Below, piece after piece: positions 33,788 to 43,993 of a stretch of 64,000 nt of DNA. Below the pieces are notes generated by a model. The model searched no databases. It was not told the DNA's origin and saw only the letters and a program-made list of their open reading frames with translations. Each line of letters opens with the position of its first letter. The first letter of the stretch is position 1. Source of the stretch: Minisyncoccota bacterium (GTDB taxonomy: Bacteria; Patescibacteriota; Minisyncoccia; Phycocordibacterales; DSPV01); the NCBI GenBank assembly GCA_041662545.1, contig JBAZSH010000002.1, forward strand, positions 2,239-66,238, written 5' to 3'. Made by a program: the position numbers and the translations under genes.

Positions 33788-33882
33788 TCCTTTGAAAAAT
33801 TGTTAAGGAACTTGGATTAAAAGAAACCACCGTGGTCTCTTTTGCCGATTATCACTTTACAATAATTGTCTTATTTTTGCAA
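33788..33882 (-). promoter_or_regulatory. Duplicated promoter-hairpin-boxA-SD leader, copy 2
   Basis: TTGCAA-17-TAAAGT then the same leader as copy 1. Confidence 0.85.
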
Positions 33883-33934
33883 GGGTTCCACTTTTTAATT
33901 TTCAATTTTTGCAACCGGTGATAAGATTGTTTTC

Positions 33935-34090
33935 ATGAACCAAGATTGTATCTTTTGTAAAATCGTAAAGAAGGAATCACCGGCGAATATTGTTTTTGAA
34001 AACGATGATTTTCTGGCTTTTTCTCCTAGTTCCAAGATATCCGGACGATGGTCTAGATCTTTGGCTAAACTAGGACATAATCGATTGTAA
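33935..34090 (+). pseudogene. HIT family gene with internal deletion
   Basis: MNQDCIFCKIVKKESPANIVFENDDFLAF joined out of frame to LVPRYPDDGLDLW; HxHxH motif missing. Confidence 0.75.
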
Positions 34091-34213
34091 TTTTGCGGCT
34101 TTTCGTTTTGGCGGTATAATGTTCGTAATGAAAGGTTTGATTTCTGACGAGGATTTATCAAAAAAATATCCGACAAGGGGGAGTTTTGTGGTGCAGGGAA
34201 AAAAGATAGTAAC

Positions 34214-35290
34214 ATGACAAAAGAAGCCGTTATTGAAATACTCGGTAAGCTCCAGGTGCTTAAAAAGAAAACCGGTATAGAAATTGTTGATACCCATGTA
34301 CACCCAGGAGATGTTATGGGTGTGGTTCATTATTTAGAAACAAAATTCAGCGATAATCACTTATCGAAAGATTATCTAGAATCGGGAATTTTAGAGAAAT
34401 TTAATTACAGCAAGTTTGAGAAATTTGGGTCGAGGATAGTGTTCAAAATTTTTCCGGAATTTGTTAACAAAACTGTTCAGCAAACATACGGGACATACAA
34501 TAATACTGACCTTTCGAATGAAATGATAATTTCGCTGGTAGACAAAAGTGTTCTTCTTCCTATTGAACCGTGGCTACCAACAAAAATAGTGGGTGATACA
34601 TATAAAAATAAAAAGAATTTTATTATTCTAGGTTCAATTGATGTCTGCGGAATAGAGAAAGGAAATATTGAAAGGATAATCATTTCTTATATTCAAGATT
34701 ACAAAATAGTTGGCCTCAAGTTTCATCCAAACTTACAAAATTTTAAACCTCAGCCCAAAGATAACTCGCTGGAAATTGCAGACAAGCTGAGGGTAATATA
34801 CGACATCGCACAAAAACACAAACTTTATTTACTTTTTCATGGCGGTATATCTAATTTTACTAAACACATTAATCTAAAATACCACGATGCTTCAAGCCGA
34901 AGCCGCACTAACGCGTTCCTTAAGAATTTTTGCTCGGCAAATGGTCAAAGCGAATTATTTGAGAATTGGAATATGCCAATAATTATTGCTCACCTCGGGC
35001 ATTACGGGATGATCGATGTTGATTATGGTTTACTTAAACTTATAACTAAACGATTTAACAATGTGTGCTTTGATACTTCAGGAATATCGTCAAATGTTAT
35101 CGCAAAAGCACTTCAAGTTGTTCCGAGCGAGCGTATAGTTTTTGGTTCCGATGCAGCATATAATAGAATGGCTTACAATCTTGCTTTTTTGTATAATGCA
35201 ACTATGATAGCAAATAACGGCGAGGCAAAAACTGAAATGTTAGTTAATGTGTTGAGTGGAAATTTTTATAACAAAATCTTAAAACATTGA
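34214..35290 (+). CDS. Amidohydrolase family 2 protein
   Basis: DTHVH, GLKFHP, FHGG, AHLG, FDTS, FGSD. Confidence 0.85.
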   Translation: MTKEAVIEILGKLQVLKKKTGIEIVDTHVHPGDVMGVVHYLETKFSDNHLSKDYLESGILEKFNYSKFEKFGSRIVFKIFPEFVNKTVQQTYGTYNNTDLSNEMIISLVDKSVLLPIEPWLPTKIVGDTYKNKKNFIILGSIDVCGIEKGNIERIIISYIQDYKIVGLKFHPNLQNFKPQPKDNSLEIADKLRVIYDIAQKHKLYLLFHGGISNFTKHINLKYHDASSRSRTNAFLKNFCSANGQSELFENWNMPIIIAHLGHYGMIDVDYGLLKLITKRFNNVCFDTSGISSNVIAKALQVVPSERIVFGSDAAYNRMAYNLAFLYNATMIANNGEAKTEMLVNVLSGNFYNKILKH

Positions 35291-36879
35291 ATATGGCTTG
35301 GCTTATTTTACTTTCTGGAATTTTAAACTTGTTTTTAGGTCTTATTGTTTGGTTAAGAGATCTAAAAAACAGGTTAAATTTAGGTTTTGGTATATTTAGT
35401 TTAAGCACCGTTGTTTTAATACTATTTGATTTCTTTTTTCGATTTAATCCAACAGTCTTTATTTTGAAAAGTAGTTACGCTTTTGCAGCACTAGTTCCAA
35501 TTACGGCCTTAATTTGGATTTTGGAAATGTGCCACATTGACGCGTCTAGATTCTCACCTTTACGCAAGATTCTGATATTTCTGCCTGGCCTAGTTTTCTT
35601 TGTGCTAACTTATATCGGCAACTTAATTGTTGTTCAAGTCCATTCTCTCACCTTGCTTGGTTATATAGGAAAACTCGGTCCTCTTTTTTCGTTATACTCA
35701 CTTTACTTCTTTGTTTATATTCTTGCTTTTATTATCCTTTTATATCGCACCCAACGAAATACCACTGATAGAATATATAAAATTCAGATTAGATTTGTAC
35801 TTACTGGTGTAATACTCTATGGTCTTACAGCTGTCACATCAAGTCTAATCCTCCCCAAATTTTTTGGAGTTTTTGATTTCACACTTCTTGACGCTCCAAG
35901 TTTAATTTTCTTTGTCGGTTTTACAGCATATGCAATTCTTAAATTACATTTATTTAACATAAAAGTAATTGCCACCGAGTTACTAGTTTTTGCACTTTCC
36001 AGTTTTAGTTTGATAAGGACAATAGTATCTGATCAATTGAATGACCAAATAATAAATGGGGGCATCTTTCTGTGTATTTTAATCGTTGGTGTTTTCCTTA
36101 TCCGGAGTGTTATGCAAGAAGTCGAACAACGCGAGAAGATTGAGAAATTGGCAAAACAATTGGAGAAAGCGAACGAGCGGTTGAAGGAATTAGATAAACT
36201 GAAGACAGAATTTATTTCTTTTGCCACTCATCAATTGCGGGCGCCGATTACGGCGATTAAGGGTTACACCTCGGAAATTCTTCAGGGCGATTTTGGGCAA
36301 TTGCCGGAAAACTTGAGAGCACCGACTGAAGTGATTATGCAGTCCAGCTCATCATTGGCGATTTTGGTGGACGATTATTTGAATGTTTCGCGCATTGAGC
36401 AGGGCAAGATGAAATATGAATTTTCTGATTTCAATCTTGCTGATTTGGTAAATGAAGTGGCGAATGAACAACGACCGAGCGTAGAAAAGAAAGGACTGAA
36501 ATTGGAATTCGCCTCACCGGCTGACAAGGTGATGATTCATGCCGACCGTGGCAAGATTAAGCAGGTGATTCTGAACTTGCTGGATAATTCAATGAAATAC
36601 ACACCGGCGGGGCAAATTACCATAACTTTAACAAAACAAGACAGCAAAGCGCGGCTTTCCATCAAGGACACTGGCGCCGGTATCAAACCAGAAACAATGT
36701 CTCATTTGTTCCAAAAATTCTCTCGCGCTTCCGACGCTTCTAAATATAATTTGTTAGGCACTGGTCTCGGGCTTTATTTGGCCAGTGAACTTTTGAAAGC
36801 TCATCACGGTCGCATTTGGGCCGAATCCGAAGGCGAAAGCAAGGGCTCAACTTTCTTTGTGGACCTACCCGCCATTTAG
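35287..36879 (+). CDS. Sensor histidine kinase with HisKA_7TM-like domain
   Basis: Multi-TM N-terminus, ATHQLRAP, NLLDNSMKY, DTGAGI, GTGLGLY. Confidence 0.92.
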   Translation: MNMAWLILLSGILNLFLGLIVWLRDLKNRLNLGFGIFSLSTVVLILFDFFFRFNPTVFILKSSYAFAALVPITALIWILEMCHIDASRFSPLRKILIFLPGLVFFVLTYIGNLIVVQVHSLTLLGYIGKLGPLFSLYSLYFFVYILAFIILLYRTQRNTTDRIYKIQIRFVLTGVILYGLTAVTSSLILPKFFGVFDFTLLDAPSLIFFVGFTAYAILKLHLFNIKVIATELLVFALSSFSLIRTIVSDQLNDQIINGGIFLCILIVGVFLIRSVMQEVEQREKIEKLAKQLEKANERLKELDKLKTEFISFATHQLRAPITAIKGYTSEILQGDFGQLPENLRAPTEVIMQSSSSLAILVDDYLNVSRIEQGKMKYEFSDFNLADLVNEVANEQRPSVEKKGLKLEFASPADKVMIHADRGKIKQVILNLLDNSMKYTPAGQITITLTKQDSKARLSIKDTGAGIKPETMSHLFQKFSRASDASKYNLLGTGLGLYLASELLKAHHGRIWAESEGESKGSTFFVDLPAI

Positions 36880-36939
36880 GCGGGGTTGTTGGTGAAATAA
36901 AATTAGGCCGAATTTTTAAACTCTAAAATCCATCACGGG

Positions 36940-36988
36940 TTTTTTAAAGTTTTTAATTGGTAAGTTTTTCGATATGGGTATTATACAC
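36940..36988 (-). repeat. 49-bp repeat, copy B
   Basis: See 28151-28199; minus-strand TATAAT at 36985-36980. Confidence 0.85.
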
Positions 36989-37100
36989 TAGAAATCGCTT
37001 GTAAATCGATAGGCACTCTTGTTTATAATGTTCGGGGCGTTGGACTCAAGTATTGCCACCAAAGAAAAATTGATGTATAGTAACGGTAAGTTTTGTTATC

Positions 37101-38665
37101 ATGTATAATGACAAACAAAAAATAATTAATGACGAAACTCTTCCAAGGTCTATAAGATCTGTGGTGCGCATGTATCCGTCCAATCAAGTCAACAGACTGT
37201 TTTATGGAGGATTGCCCCACCTTGGGAATGCTCTTTTAGGCTCTTGGAGTTCTCCTGAAATACAGGAAGCGGCCAGAGCCTATGAGGACTACAGTCTTTC
37301 TTCAAATCTTCTTATAAAAGGTTTTAAAAGTCCCACTTTAGATAAAGTAAGATTGGGTGGTGGAAGTCCCGCCCGTTTTAAACCTTTTGATAAATGTCTA
37401 ACTAACATAAAGTATTCTTTGGAAAATAGAGTACTTTCCGATTATCCGCTGGCCGCAGGCGATAATGCCGACAAGGTGCCTATCATCGAATACTTTAAGA
37501 AGCTCTATTCTTTGAAAATAAATGAAAATATATTATTTTCACTCATTCCAGCACCCAAGCGTTCACGCTGGTTATGGAGGCGATATTGGACTATGGAGAT
37601 GTGGTCTTAATGACAGCCCCGAACTACGGTCTTTTTTCGTTTATGCCGGAAAGAGCAGGGGGGCGGGTTAGGCTTTTGCAACTGACAAGTCTTGACGGTT
37701 GGAAGGTTGATCCAAAAAAACTCAAGCGACTTATTGTTGAAATCAATAACGAGCTTGAATCAGATTACGATACAAATCGCGGAAAATATATTTTCAGGCG
37801 GTCCGATTTGCCGCCAAGAGTTTCTGTTTTTGTAAATTTAAATCCACACAATCCGACAGGTATGGTTTACAGTCAGATGGACAAATCGTTATTGTTGGAG
37901 ATTTCCAATGTCTGCAAAGAAACAGGCGTATTTATCGTTGACGATTTGGCTTATGCGGGCCTAGAATATGATAGAAATAACCCCGCGTTGCCTATATGTA
38001 GTTTAAGTGGCCATTTTGATAATACAATAACGTTGTATTCGCTTTCCAAGTCTTACGGCTTAGCCGGCATAAGGTCGGGGATGGTTGTCGCTAACGAAAT
38101 AATCAGCTCTTTGATACGCGATGAAATATTTCAAGTTTCCGACTCGCTGTCTTTGGTGCAATCGTCTGCCATGAGTGCGATTTTTTCATCAGATGGGACC
38201 CTGGCGAAAGAAAGAGAGGACTATCTCGCCCATGTTACAAAGGAGTATTATCAAAGATACATTTTTGTAAAAGCTATTATTGTGGGGGCTGATAACCTCA
38301 AAAAGCAAGAAAAAAAGCTGCTCGATAAAATTCTTAATGATAATAGGCTTAATATTAATGGTGCCGAGTCTATGAACGGCATCAAGGATGTGAGCATAGC
38401 ACTTGAACCGGAGTCGGGGTTTTTTGTAATATTGGATTTAAGCAAGTTACTCGGAAAATCTTACAAAGGATTTAGAATCATTGATGACAAAACCATGTTG
38501 CAGTTCTTATACACTTCAGGCAACATCAAAGTTTTGCCCGGCAAGGCATTTTGTTGGAGTGATCGTGAGCAGCTCGTCGTAAGAGCAACTACCGCATTAG
38601 GATATGCTGAATTGTTAAAATCCTTTTTGAGACTTAAGGCATCTATAGAAGAACTACTAGTATGA
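37101..38665 (+). pseudogene. Class I/II PLP aminotransferase, frameshifted near 37526-37531
   Basis: ...INEN then IIFTHSSTQAF in another frame; NPHNPTG, DDLAY, SLSKSYGLAGIRSG. Confidence 0.8.
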
Positions 38666-39546
38666 GAATATATATTGCTTCTTCGGATAAGTACATCGGG
38701 AAAATCCAAGAGGATATTTATATGCGCGACGCATATAGAAATGCCGGATTGTTCTCCGAGATTGTCACGCTGAAAGATATTGCGAATATTTCAGAATCTT
38801 CTGATGTGGTTATTTTAAAAAGCATATGGGGGTACCACATATGTTACAAAGAATTTATCGAGGAAGTATCACATCTCAAAAAAAGGGGGGTTAAATTGGT
38901 AAATGATTATAATTTTATTTTTTGGAACATCAATAAGTGTAAATACTTGAACGAAATAAATCACATGAATGTGGTTCCAACAGCATTCTTGCAATTAAAA
39001 GGCGCCGACACAGTGGCAGAAATCAGCGATGTAATTTCAGAAATTAGCAGGAGGTTTAATGCGGATACACTGGTTATAAAGCCTTGCATATCGGAAAGTG
39101 GTTATTTGACTTTCAGGTATGATACAAGTAAAAATAATGAAACGGTAATTGCGGCATTGAAAAATAATAAACAGCTTAATTTTATGGTGCAGCCTTATAG
39201 ACCTGCTGTTTCAGAAGGCGAGATATCAGTCATTACGATTAACGGTGTCTCCCTTTATGGGATTAAGAGGTTTTCTGGAATTTTCAATGATAAATTGAAT
39301 CCGACATATATAAAGTTGGCGAATGTGCCAGATGCAATACAAAGAGAAATTGCCGCATTAAAAAACTTTTTCTTGAAAAAGTTCGGGGCATCGCCTAATA
39401 TATGTAGGGTTGACTTTTTAAAGGCTGATACTGGTTATGAGATCTTAGAAGTTGAGTTAATAGACCCTGATTTATTTTTTAGATTCATACCAGAAAACAT
39501 GAAAAAGAAAGTAGTCTCTATTCTTTGCAAGTCATTAACAATATAA
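38662..39546 (+). CDS. ATP-grasp ligase (RimK/glutathione synthetase-like)
   Basis: SIWGYH, LVIKP, VQPY, GEIS, RVDF, EVELIDP. Confidence 0.8.
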   Translation: MRIYIASSDKYIGKIQEDIYMRDAYRNAGLFSEIVTLKDIANISESSDVVILKSIWGYHICYKEFIEEVSHLKKRGVKLVNDYNFIFWNINKCKYLNEINHMNVVPTAFLQLKGADTVAEISDVISEISRRFNADTLVIKPCISESGYLTFRYDTSKNNETVIAALKNNKQLNFMVQPYRPAVSEGEISVITINGVSLYGIKRFSGIFNDKLNPTYIKLANVPDAIQREIAALKNFFLKKFGASPNICRVDFLKADTGYEILEVELIDPDLFFRFIPENMKKKVVSILCKSLTI

Positions 39547-39563
39547 ATAAATTCTTACTTATT

Positions 39564-40013
39564 ATGTACAGAAAAGGCGTATCCGCTCTTATAATTAATA
39601 GCAACGACGAATTTCTTTTGGTAAATTTAGAATCTTTTGAAGATAAGTATTTTGCAATTCCTGGTGGTGGGGTTGAGCAGGGAGAAACTTTAGAAAACGC
39701 AGTATATCGAGAGATACATGAAGAGTTGGGTATAGGAAGAAAATCTCTTAAATTTGTGGGTAAAAGTCAGGATCCGGTTAAGTTCAAATTTAAGGTAATC
39801 AAAATGACTCGTGATGGTAAGAACTATGAAGGATCAGAGAGATACTTTTTTGGCTTCCGTTTTCTGGGGAATGACGATGAAATACATCCCAAAGAAGGTG
39901 AGGTAAGAGCTTATAAGTGGATATCATTTGTGCAATTAAAAGATTATTTGCTTTTTGATGATCAACTAAAAGATACTCAGGAAAAAATAAAAGAAATTTT
40001 TACCGATTTTTAA
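39564..40013 (+). CDS. NUDIX hydrolase (RppH-like)
   Basis: GGGVEQGETLENAVYREIHEELG. Confidence 0.9.
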   Translation: MYRKGVSALIINSNDEFLLVNLESFEDKYFAIPGGGVEQGETLENAVYREIHEELGIGRKSLKFVGKSQDPVKFKFKVIKMTRDGKNYEGSERYFFGFRFLGNDDEIHPKEGEVRAYKWISFVQLKDYLLFDDQLKDTQEKIKEIFTDF

Positions 40014-40037
40014 AAATATTGATACTCATTCATTTTT

Positions 40038-40907
40038 TTAATTGTTAGGTAAATAACAAGCAAGAGTTTGCATGACTTCCAATGCTGGAGGAAACTTTTT
40101 GGAGTTAAGCAAAGTCTTAAGGTAATTAATACGAGCAAAAAGTGCAATACTTTCTTTCTCTGTAAGAAGGTCTTCCTTTTCGAGTGCTATTTTTAAGCTT
40201 TGTATTGATTGCTCGGAACCAATAAAGTCATTAAATTTTTCTGCGACTTTTCGTGGAATTTCTTCTCCGCATAACCATCCAGCTTTTCCGATATCCGTAA
40301 GAATGGAAAAGTTACGTAATCGAACATCTCCAAAAGACAATCCATTGTCAGTCGCATAAATTTTCTCTTGGGATTCCAATTGCCCATCTTCTTTTAGCTG
40401 AAATATTTCGTTGAAAAGCGCATTACTTGAATGCCTGTCTGTCTCGTGAATGAGAATATCGAATAAAGCTAATGTAGCCATCATCTCTATTCTTGATTGC
40501 GATTTACTATTTTTTTTGTTCGGTTTTTTATAAGGAGACCATTCACTAAGAGTCTTAGCGTTTGGAATGAATAGCTGAATACTACCCAAGTCGTATTCGT
40601 TTTCTAAATCCCTAATCACCGTAATAGGTACAATATCTAAGCCTAGGTGCTGAGAGACAAGATAAGCTGCCCTCTCGTGTTTATAATAAGTGCCCGGTTC
40701 AATTTTTTCCCAGCCAGGGATAACTTGTTCTAAACTGCGTGGTTTGTAAATCGCTAATCTATTTTTAATTCCAACAACAAAAACACTTTCGTGCCCAAAA
40801 AGTTTTTCTGGTCGCTTAGTTATTTCTCCAGCCAGAAGTTCTTCTTCTGATAAGGAAATTCCTTCAATTGGTGCAATGTTATCTTGTTTATGAAATCCTT
40901 CTTGCAT
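40038..40907 (-). CDS. PI3/PI4-kinase-like (HipA-related fold) kinase
   Basis: AIYKP, ERAAY...LGLDIVP, GSIQLF, DRHSSN, DNGLSF. Confidence 0.75.
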   Translation of the reverse strand: MQEGFHKQDNIAPIEGISLSEEELLAGEITKRPEKLFGHESVFVVGIKNRLAIYKPRSLEQVIPGWEKIEPGTYYKHERAAYLVSQHLGLDIVPITVIRDLENEYDLGSIQLFIPNAKTLSEWSPYKKPNKKNSKSQSRIEMMATLALFDILIHETDRHSSNALFNEIFQLKEDGQLESQEKIYATDNGLSFGDVRLRNFSILTDIGKAGWLCGEEIPRKVAEKFNDFIGSEQSIQSLKIALEKEDLLTEKESIALFARINYLKTLLNSKKFPPALEVMQTLACYLPNN

Positions 40908-41004
40908 TATTTAGTTATTGACGATCTAAATATTGTATTATAATATGCATATGGTTGGGAATGTAGCAAATTATGCACATTGTAAAAAGAAAGGTCTATG
41001 TTTT

Positions 41005-42249
41005 ATGAAAAGAAAGTTTGATATCAACAAACCGACACTACTTTTTGTGGAAGAATACGAAAACACACTTTCAAGGAGTGTAACATCAAACCAGACCATT
41101 AATCTGATGTTACTCAGATTCAAGCATAGCATGTTTTTTAGCCAGGCACATCTCGATGCCACCGCTGGTATTCCTTGTTTTGTTTTTGACAAAGAAGAAC
41201 CTGTTAAACATATGGTTGAAAAATTCAACAGATTCTGCGCCGAAAATGAAATTGTGGTTAACTACTTCTACAACGATTCTGAATACAATCAGGAAAATGT
41301 TCAGAGATTCGCCTCTTTGCTCAAACTTCCCGGGGCATTAGACGAATATCAAGCTCGTTGTGTGAGGGACAAGGCGGCGATGAAAGACAAATTACGCGAG
41401 CTTGGTTATCGCACTATGCTCTATCGGGAGCTGTCTTCCATTGAAGACGCACTCGAATTCGCAGAAGGACTAGGCGGCTTTCCGTTCATCGTAAAATGGC
41501 GAAGGGGACTATCCTCGAAGGAGGTGTATAAGATTGAGAATAGGAAGCAGTTGGAAGATCTTCAGCTTGACTATTCCACTCAACGGTTCATTGCAGAAAC
41601 ATACTGCCCGTATTTAATCTGGTGCTTTGACTCGCTTGTGCAAGACGGTAAGGTGGTCGGCACTTTTCTGACGTGGCTTCCTTATACCAATCTTAGCTTC
41701 GCCGAGAAAAAAGAAAAATTCGCTCAAATCACGGTAAAGGAGTGTCCAAAGGATATCAAGTTCGATGGGGGAAAAATCACTCAGAACCTCGTCGGCGAGC
41801 TTGGTTTGAAAAACGGTTACATTCAGATCGAAATCTTCGTTGATCCTAATGGACAACCTACGATTTGTGAATTTGCATGGCGAACCGCCGGAGAGCATAT
41901 GTTATCAAACCAGAGTATTGCCTTCGATGTCGACGTTTGTTCTTTGCTGGTTGACATCATGGTCGGCAGAAAAATCCAGCCTATTCCAACGACAGGACAG
42001 CGATGTGTCGGCGACATGTTCTTGCCTTTGGCCGACGGGGTTGTTGCGAAGATTTCTTCGTACGACGATCTTAAAGGACTCGATGGAGTGATTGGCGGCA
42101 ATATCAACTTCAAAGAAGGGGATGTCATCCGATCAAAAAGGCAATACACAAGTTGCGCTGGCTGGGTTCAAGTCACCGGACGGACCGCAGACGAGGTTTT
42201 AAGCAAGATGCTTAAAGTGTACGAGCGGTTTGAAATTGTGACAAGTTAA
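41005..42249 (+). CDS. ATP-grasp protein (L-amino acid ligase-like)
   Basis: RDKAAMK, PFIVK, EIF, CEFAWRTAG; SD AAAGG before ATG 41005. Confidence 0.75.
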   Translation: MKRKFDINKPTLLFVEEYENTLSRSVTSNQTINLMLLRFKHSMFFSQAHLDATAGIPCFVFDKEEPVKHMVEKFNRFCAENEIVVNYFYNDSEYNQENVQRFASLLKLPGALDEYQARCVRDKAAMKDKLRELGYRTMLYRELSSIEDALEFAEGLGGFPFIVKWRRGLSSKEVYKIENRKQLEDLQLDYSTQRFIAETYCPYLIWCFDSLVQDGKVVGTFLTWLPYTNLSFAEKKEKFAQITVKECPKDIKFDGGKITQNLVGELGLKNGYIQIEIFVDPNGQPTICEFAWRTAGEHMLSNQSIAFDVDVCSLLVDIMVGRKIQPIPTTGQRCVGDMFLPLADGVVAKISSYDDLKGLDGVIGGNINFKEGDVIRSKRQYTSCAGWVQVTGRTADEVLSKMLKVYERFEIVTS

Positions 42250-42256
42250 AACCAAC

Positions 42257-42295
42257 TTCGCTCCGACGCATCACGCGTTGGGGCGAAATTTTTTC
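42257..42295 (+). terminator. Intrinsic terminator
   Basis: TTCGCTCCGACGC-ATCAC-GCGTTGGGGCGAA then T run. Confidence 0.7.
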
Positions 42296-42335
42296 TACAA
42301 CAAAAAGCCCGTACAGTGGTCTGTGCGGGCAATGG

Positions 42336-42758
42336 TTATAGCATTCGAAAGACTTTAATGCCGTTTTCTGCTTCCGTTTTATTCTGGGACCGATGAATGA
42401 TGTTTTTATAACATCGAACACCGTTAATGATTAACGGTTTATGCCCACCAAACTTAAAGCGTATGCTACTGAGAGCGCAATCGACAGGGTCTAATTCGGT
42501 GCCTGTGATTTGAAGGAGCTTATCGATGGCGTTTTCGCCCATAACCAGCCCCACTTCAACCGATTTTCCTTTAAATTGCAGGAAAACCGCGTCTCGATAC
42601 TTTTCGGGCAGGTCAGAATAAATAATTTCTAGTGCCCAACTATGCACCACAAGTTCCTTGCTTTCTGTGATAGTAAGTCCGACACCTTCAATCATTGCCC
42701 TGACTTCTTCGCGAAACGCCAAACCATGAGGTTTGATGATATAAAAACTAGTTTCCAA
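42336..42758 (-). CDS. Nucleoside diphosphate kinase-like protein
   Basis: IIKPHG, G..DP...SIRFKFG, NIIHRS. Confidence 0.75.
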   Translation of the reverse strand: METSFYIIKPHGLAFREEVRAMIEGVGLTITESKELVVHSWALEIIYSDLPEKYRDAVFLQFKGKSVEVGLVMGENAIDKLLQITGTELDPVDCALSSIRFKFGGHKPLIINGVRCYKNIIHRSQNKTEAENGIKVFRML

Positions 42759-42929
42759 TTTGCCACCTCGCTTTCTCTGTGAGAATGTACTGTTCTCAAA
42801 ACCAAGCTCGTTGATTTTTACTGAAATTTATCTTACCATTTTTTCTTAACTTACGCAATGGTAAAGCATTAGTGTATAGTAAGTCACATCGTTTGGGTGT
42901 TTGGGTGTTCGATACAAAGCCATACATAA

Positions 42930-43010
42930 TTGAGCGGGCATTTCCATATTCACATTGTGCCGAGATACCCGAATGGTGGTCTAGATCTTTGGTTGAAAAA
43001 TAAGTTATAG
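42930..43010 (+). pseudogene. HIT family 3' remnant
   Basis: HFHIHIVPRYPNGGLDLWLKNKL* with an in-frame stop just upstream. Confidence 0.7.
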
Positions 43011-43024
43011 TTGTAATTATAAAT

Positions 43025-43960
43025 ATGGACGAACAAACACTGCTCAAATTTTGCGATGAAATTTACAAATTGAACGCTGCCCAAGCGAGCATTTTGCGCG
43101 ACGGACCGGATAATATTATCTGGACGTTGGAAACCAAGAGTGGCAAGAAATATGTCGCCCGGATAAGCAAGCGAGAATTAGGTAGCGACATCGCTTTTGA
43201 AGCGGAATGGCTGAAAGTTCTGTTGGCTGATGGTGTGCCAGTTGTTCCGATTATTGAAACCAGAGATAAAAAGCCGTTCGCGATTTTACCGACAGGAAAA
43301 GCCCTGACCGTTTTTGAATTCGTGAATGGTAAACATCTTTTGTTTGGCATTGACCAACCGCCACCACTTCCGGCAGTCAAGTCAGCTGCCGAGGCACTAG
43401 CGAAGCTTCACAATGCTTCTCTCCGACATAATGTGTCTTTGCCTCGTAAACGCACGATATTTACAGAATTGGAACGAGTAATGGAGAAGCAAAAAGAAAT
43501 TGAAGAAAAAGTGCTGGGTGGCAAAAAATTTGTCATTGAAGTGGAAAAAATTTTGACTTGGGGTAAAAATCAAAAGTTTACACCAGTTCTCGTTCACAAC
43601 GATTACCGCATCAGCAATCTTTTTTTTGGTGAGAATGATAAAGTCGCGGCAATTTTAGATTTTGACTGGAGTTGTGTTGGTTCAGCAGTCAAAGATGTCG
43701 CCCACACTCTCGTTGTGTGGTCTTTTCCTGATAGCGCCGAGCAACATTGGCGAGAGGTCTTTGATACTTTCTTGGACAACTACAATCGTTACGCCGAAGA
43801 AATTATCAAACATGACGATAATCTTAAAAACTGGATTTTGTTCAGCTGTCTTTCCGATACCGCCACTTACATCGTTGACCGTTTAGAACGTAATGAAATA
43901 AAGCTGGTCGCTGGGTCGTTTATGTATCAGAAATTCCAGTATTTTGAAAAAAACTTATAA
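43025..43960 (+). CDS. Aminoglycoside/homoserine kinase type II-like phosphotransferase
   Basis: LAKLH, VHNDYRISN, ILDFD. Confidence 0.85.
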   Translation: MDEQTLLKFCDEIYKLNAAQASILRDGPDNIIWTLETKSGKKYVARISKRELGSDIAFEAEWLKVLLADGVPVVPIIETRDKKPFAILPTGKALTVFEFVNGKHLLFGIDQPPPLPAVKSAAEALAKLHNASLRHNVSLPRKRTIFTELERVMEKQKEIEEKVLGGKKFVIEVEKILTWGKNQKFTPVLVHNDYRISNLFFGENDKVAAILDFDWSCVGSAVKDVAHTLVVWSFPDSAEQHWREVFDTFLDNYNRYAEEIIKHDDNLKNWILFSCLSDTATYIVDRLERNEIKLVAGSFMYQKFQYFEKNL

Positions 43961-43993
43961 AATCATTCCGACATTCTCAAGAATATAAGAATA

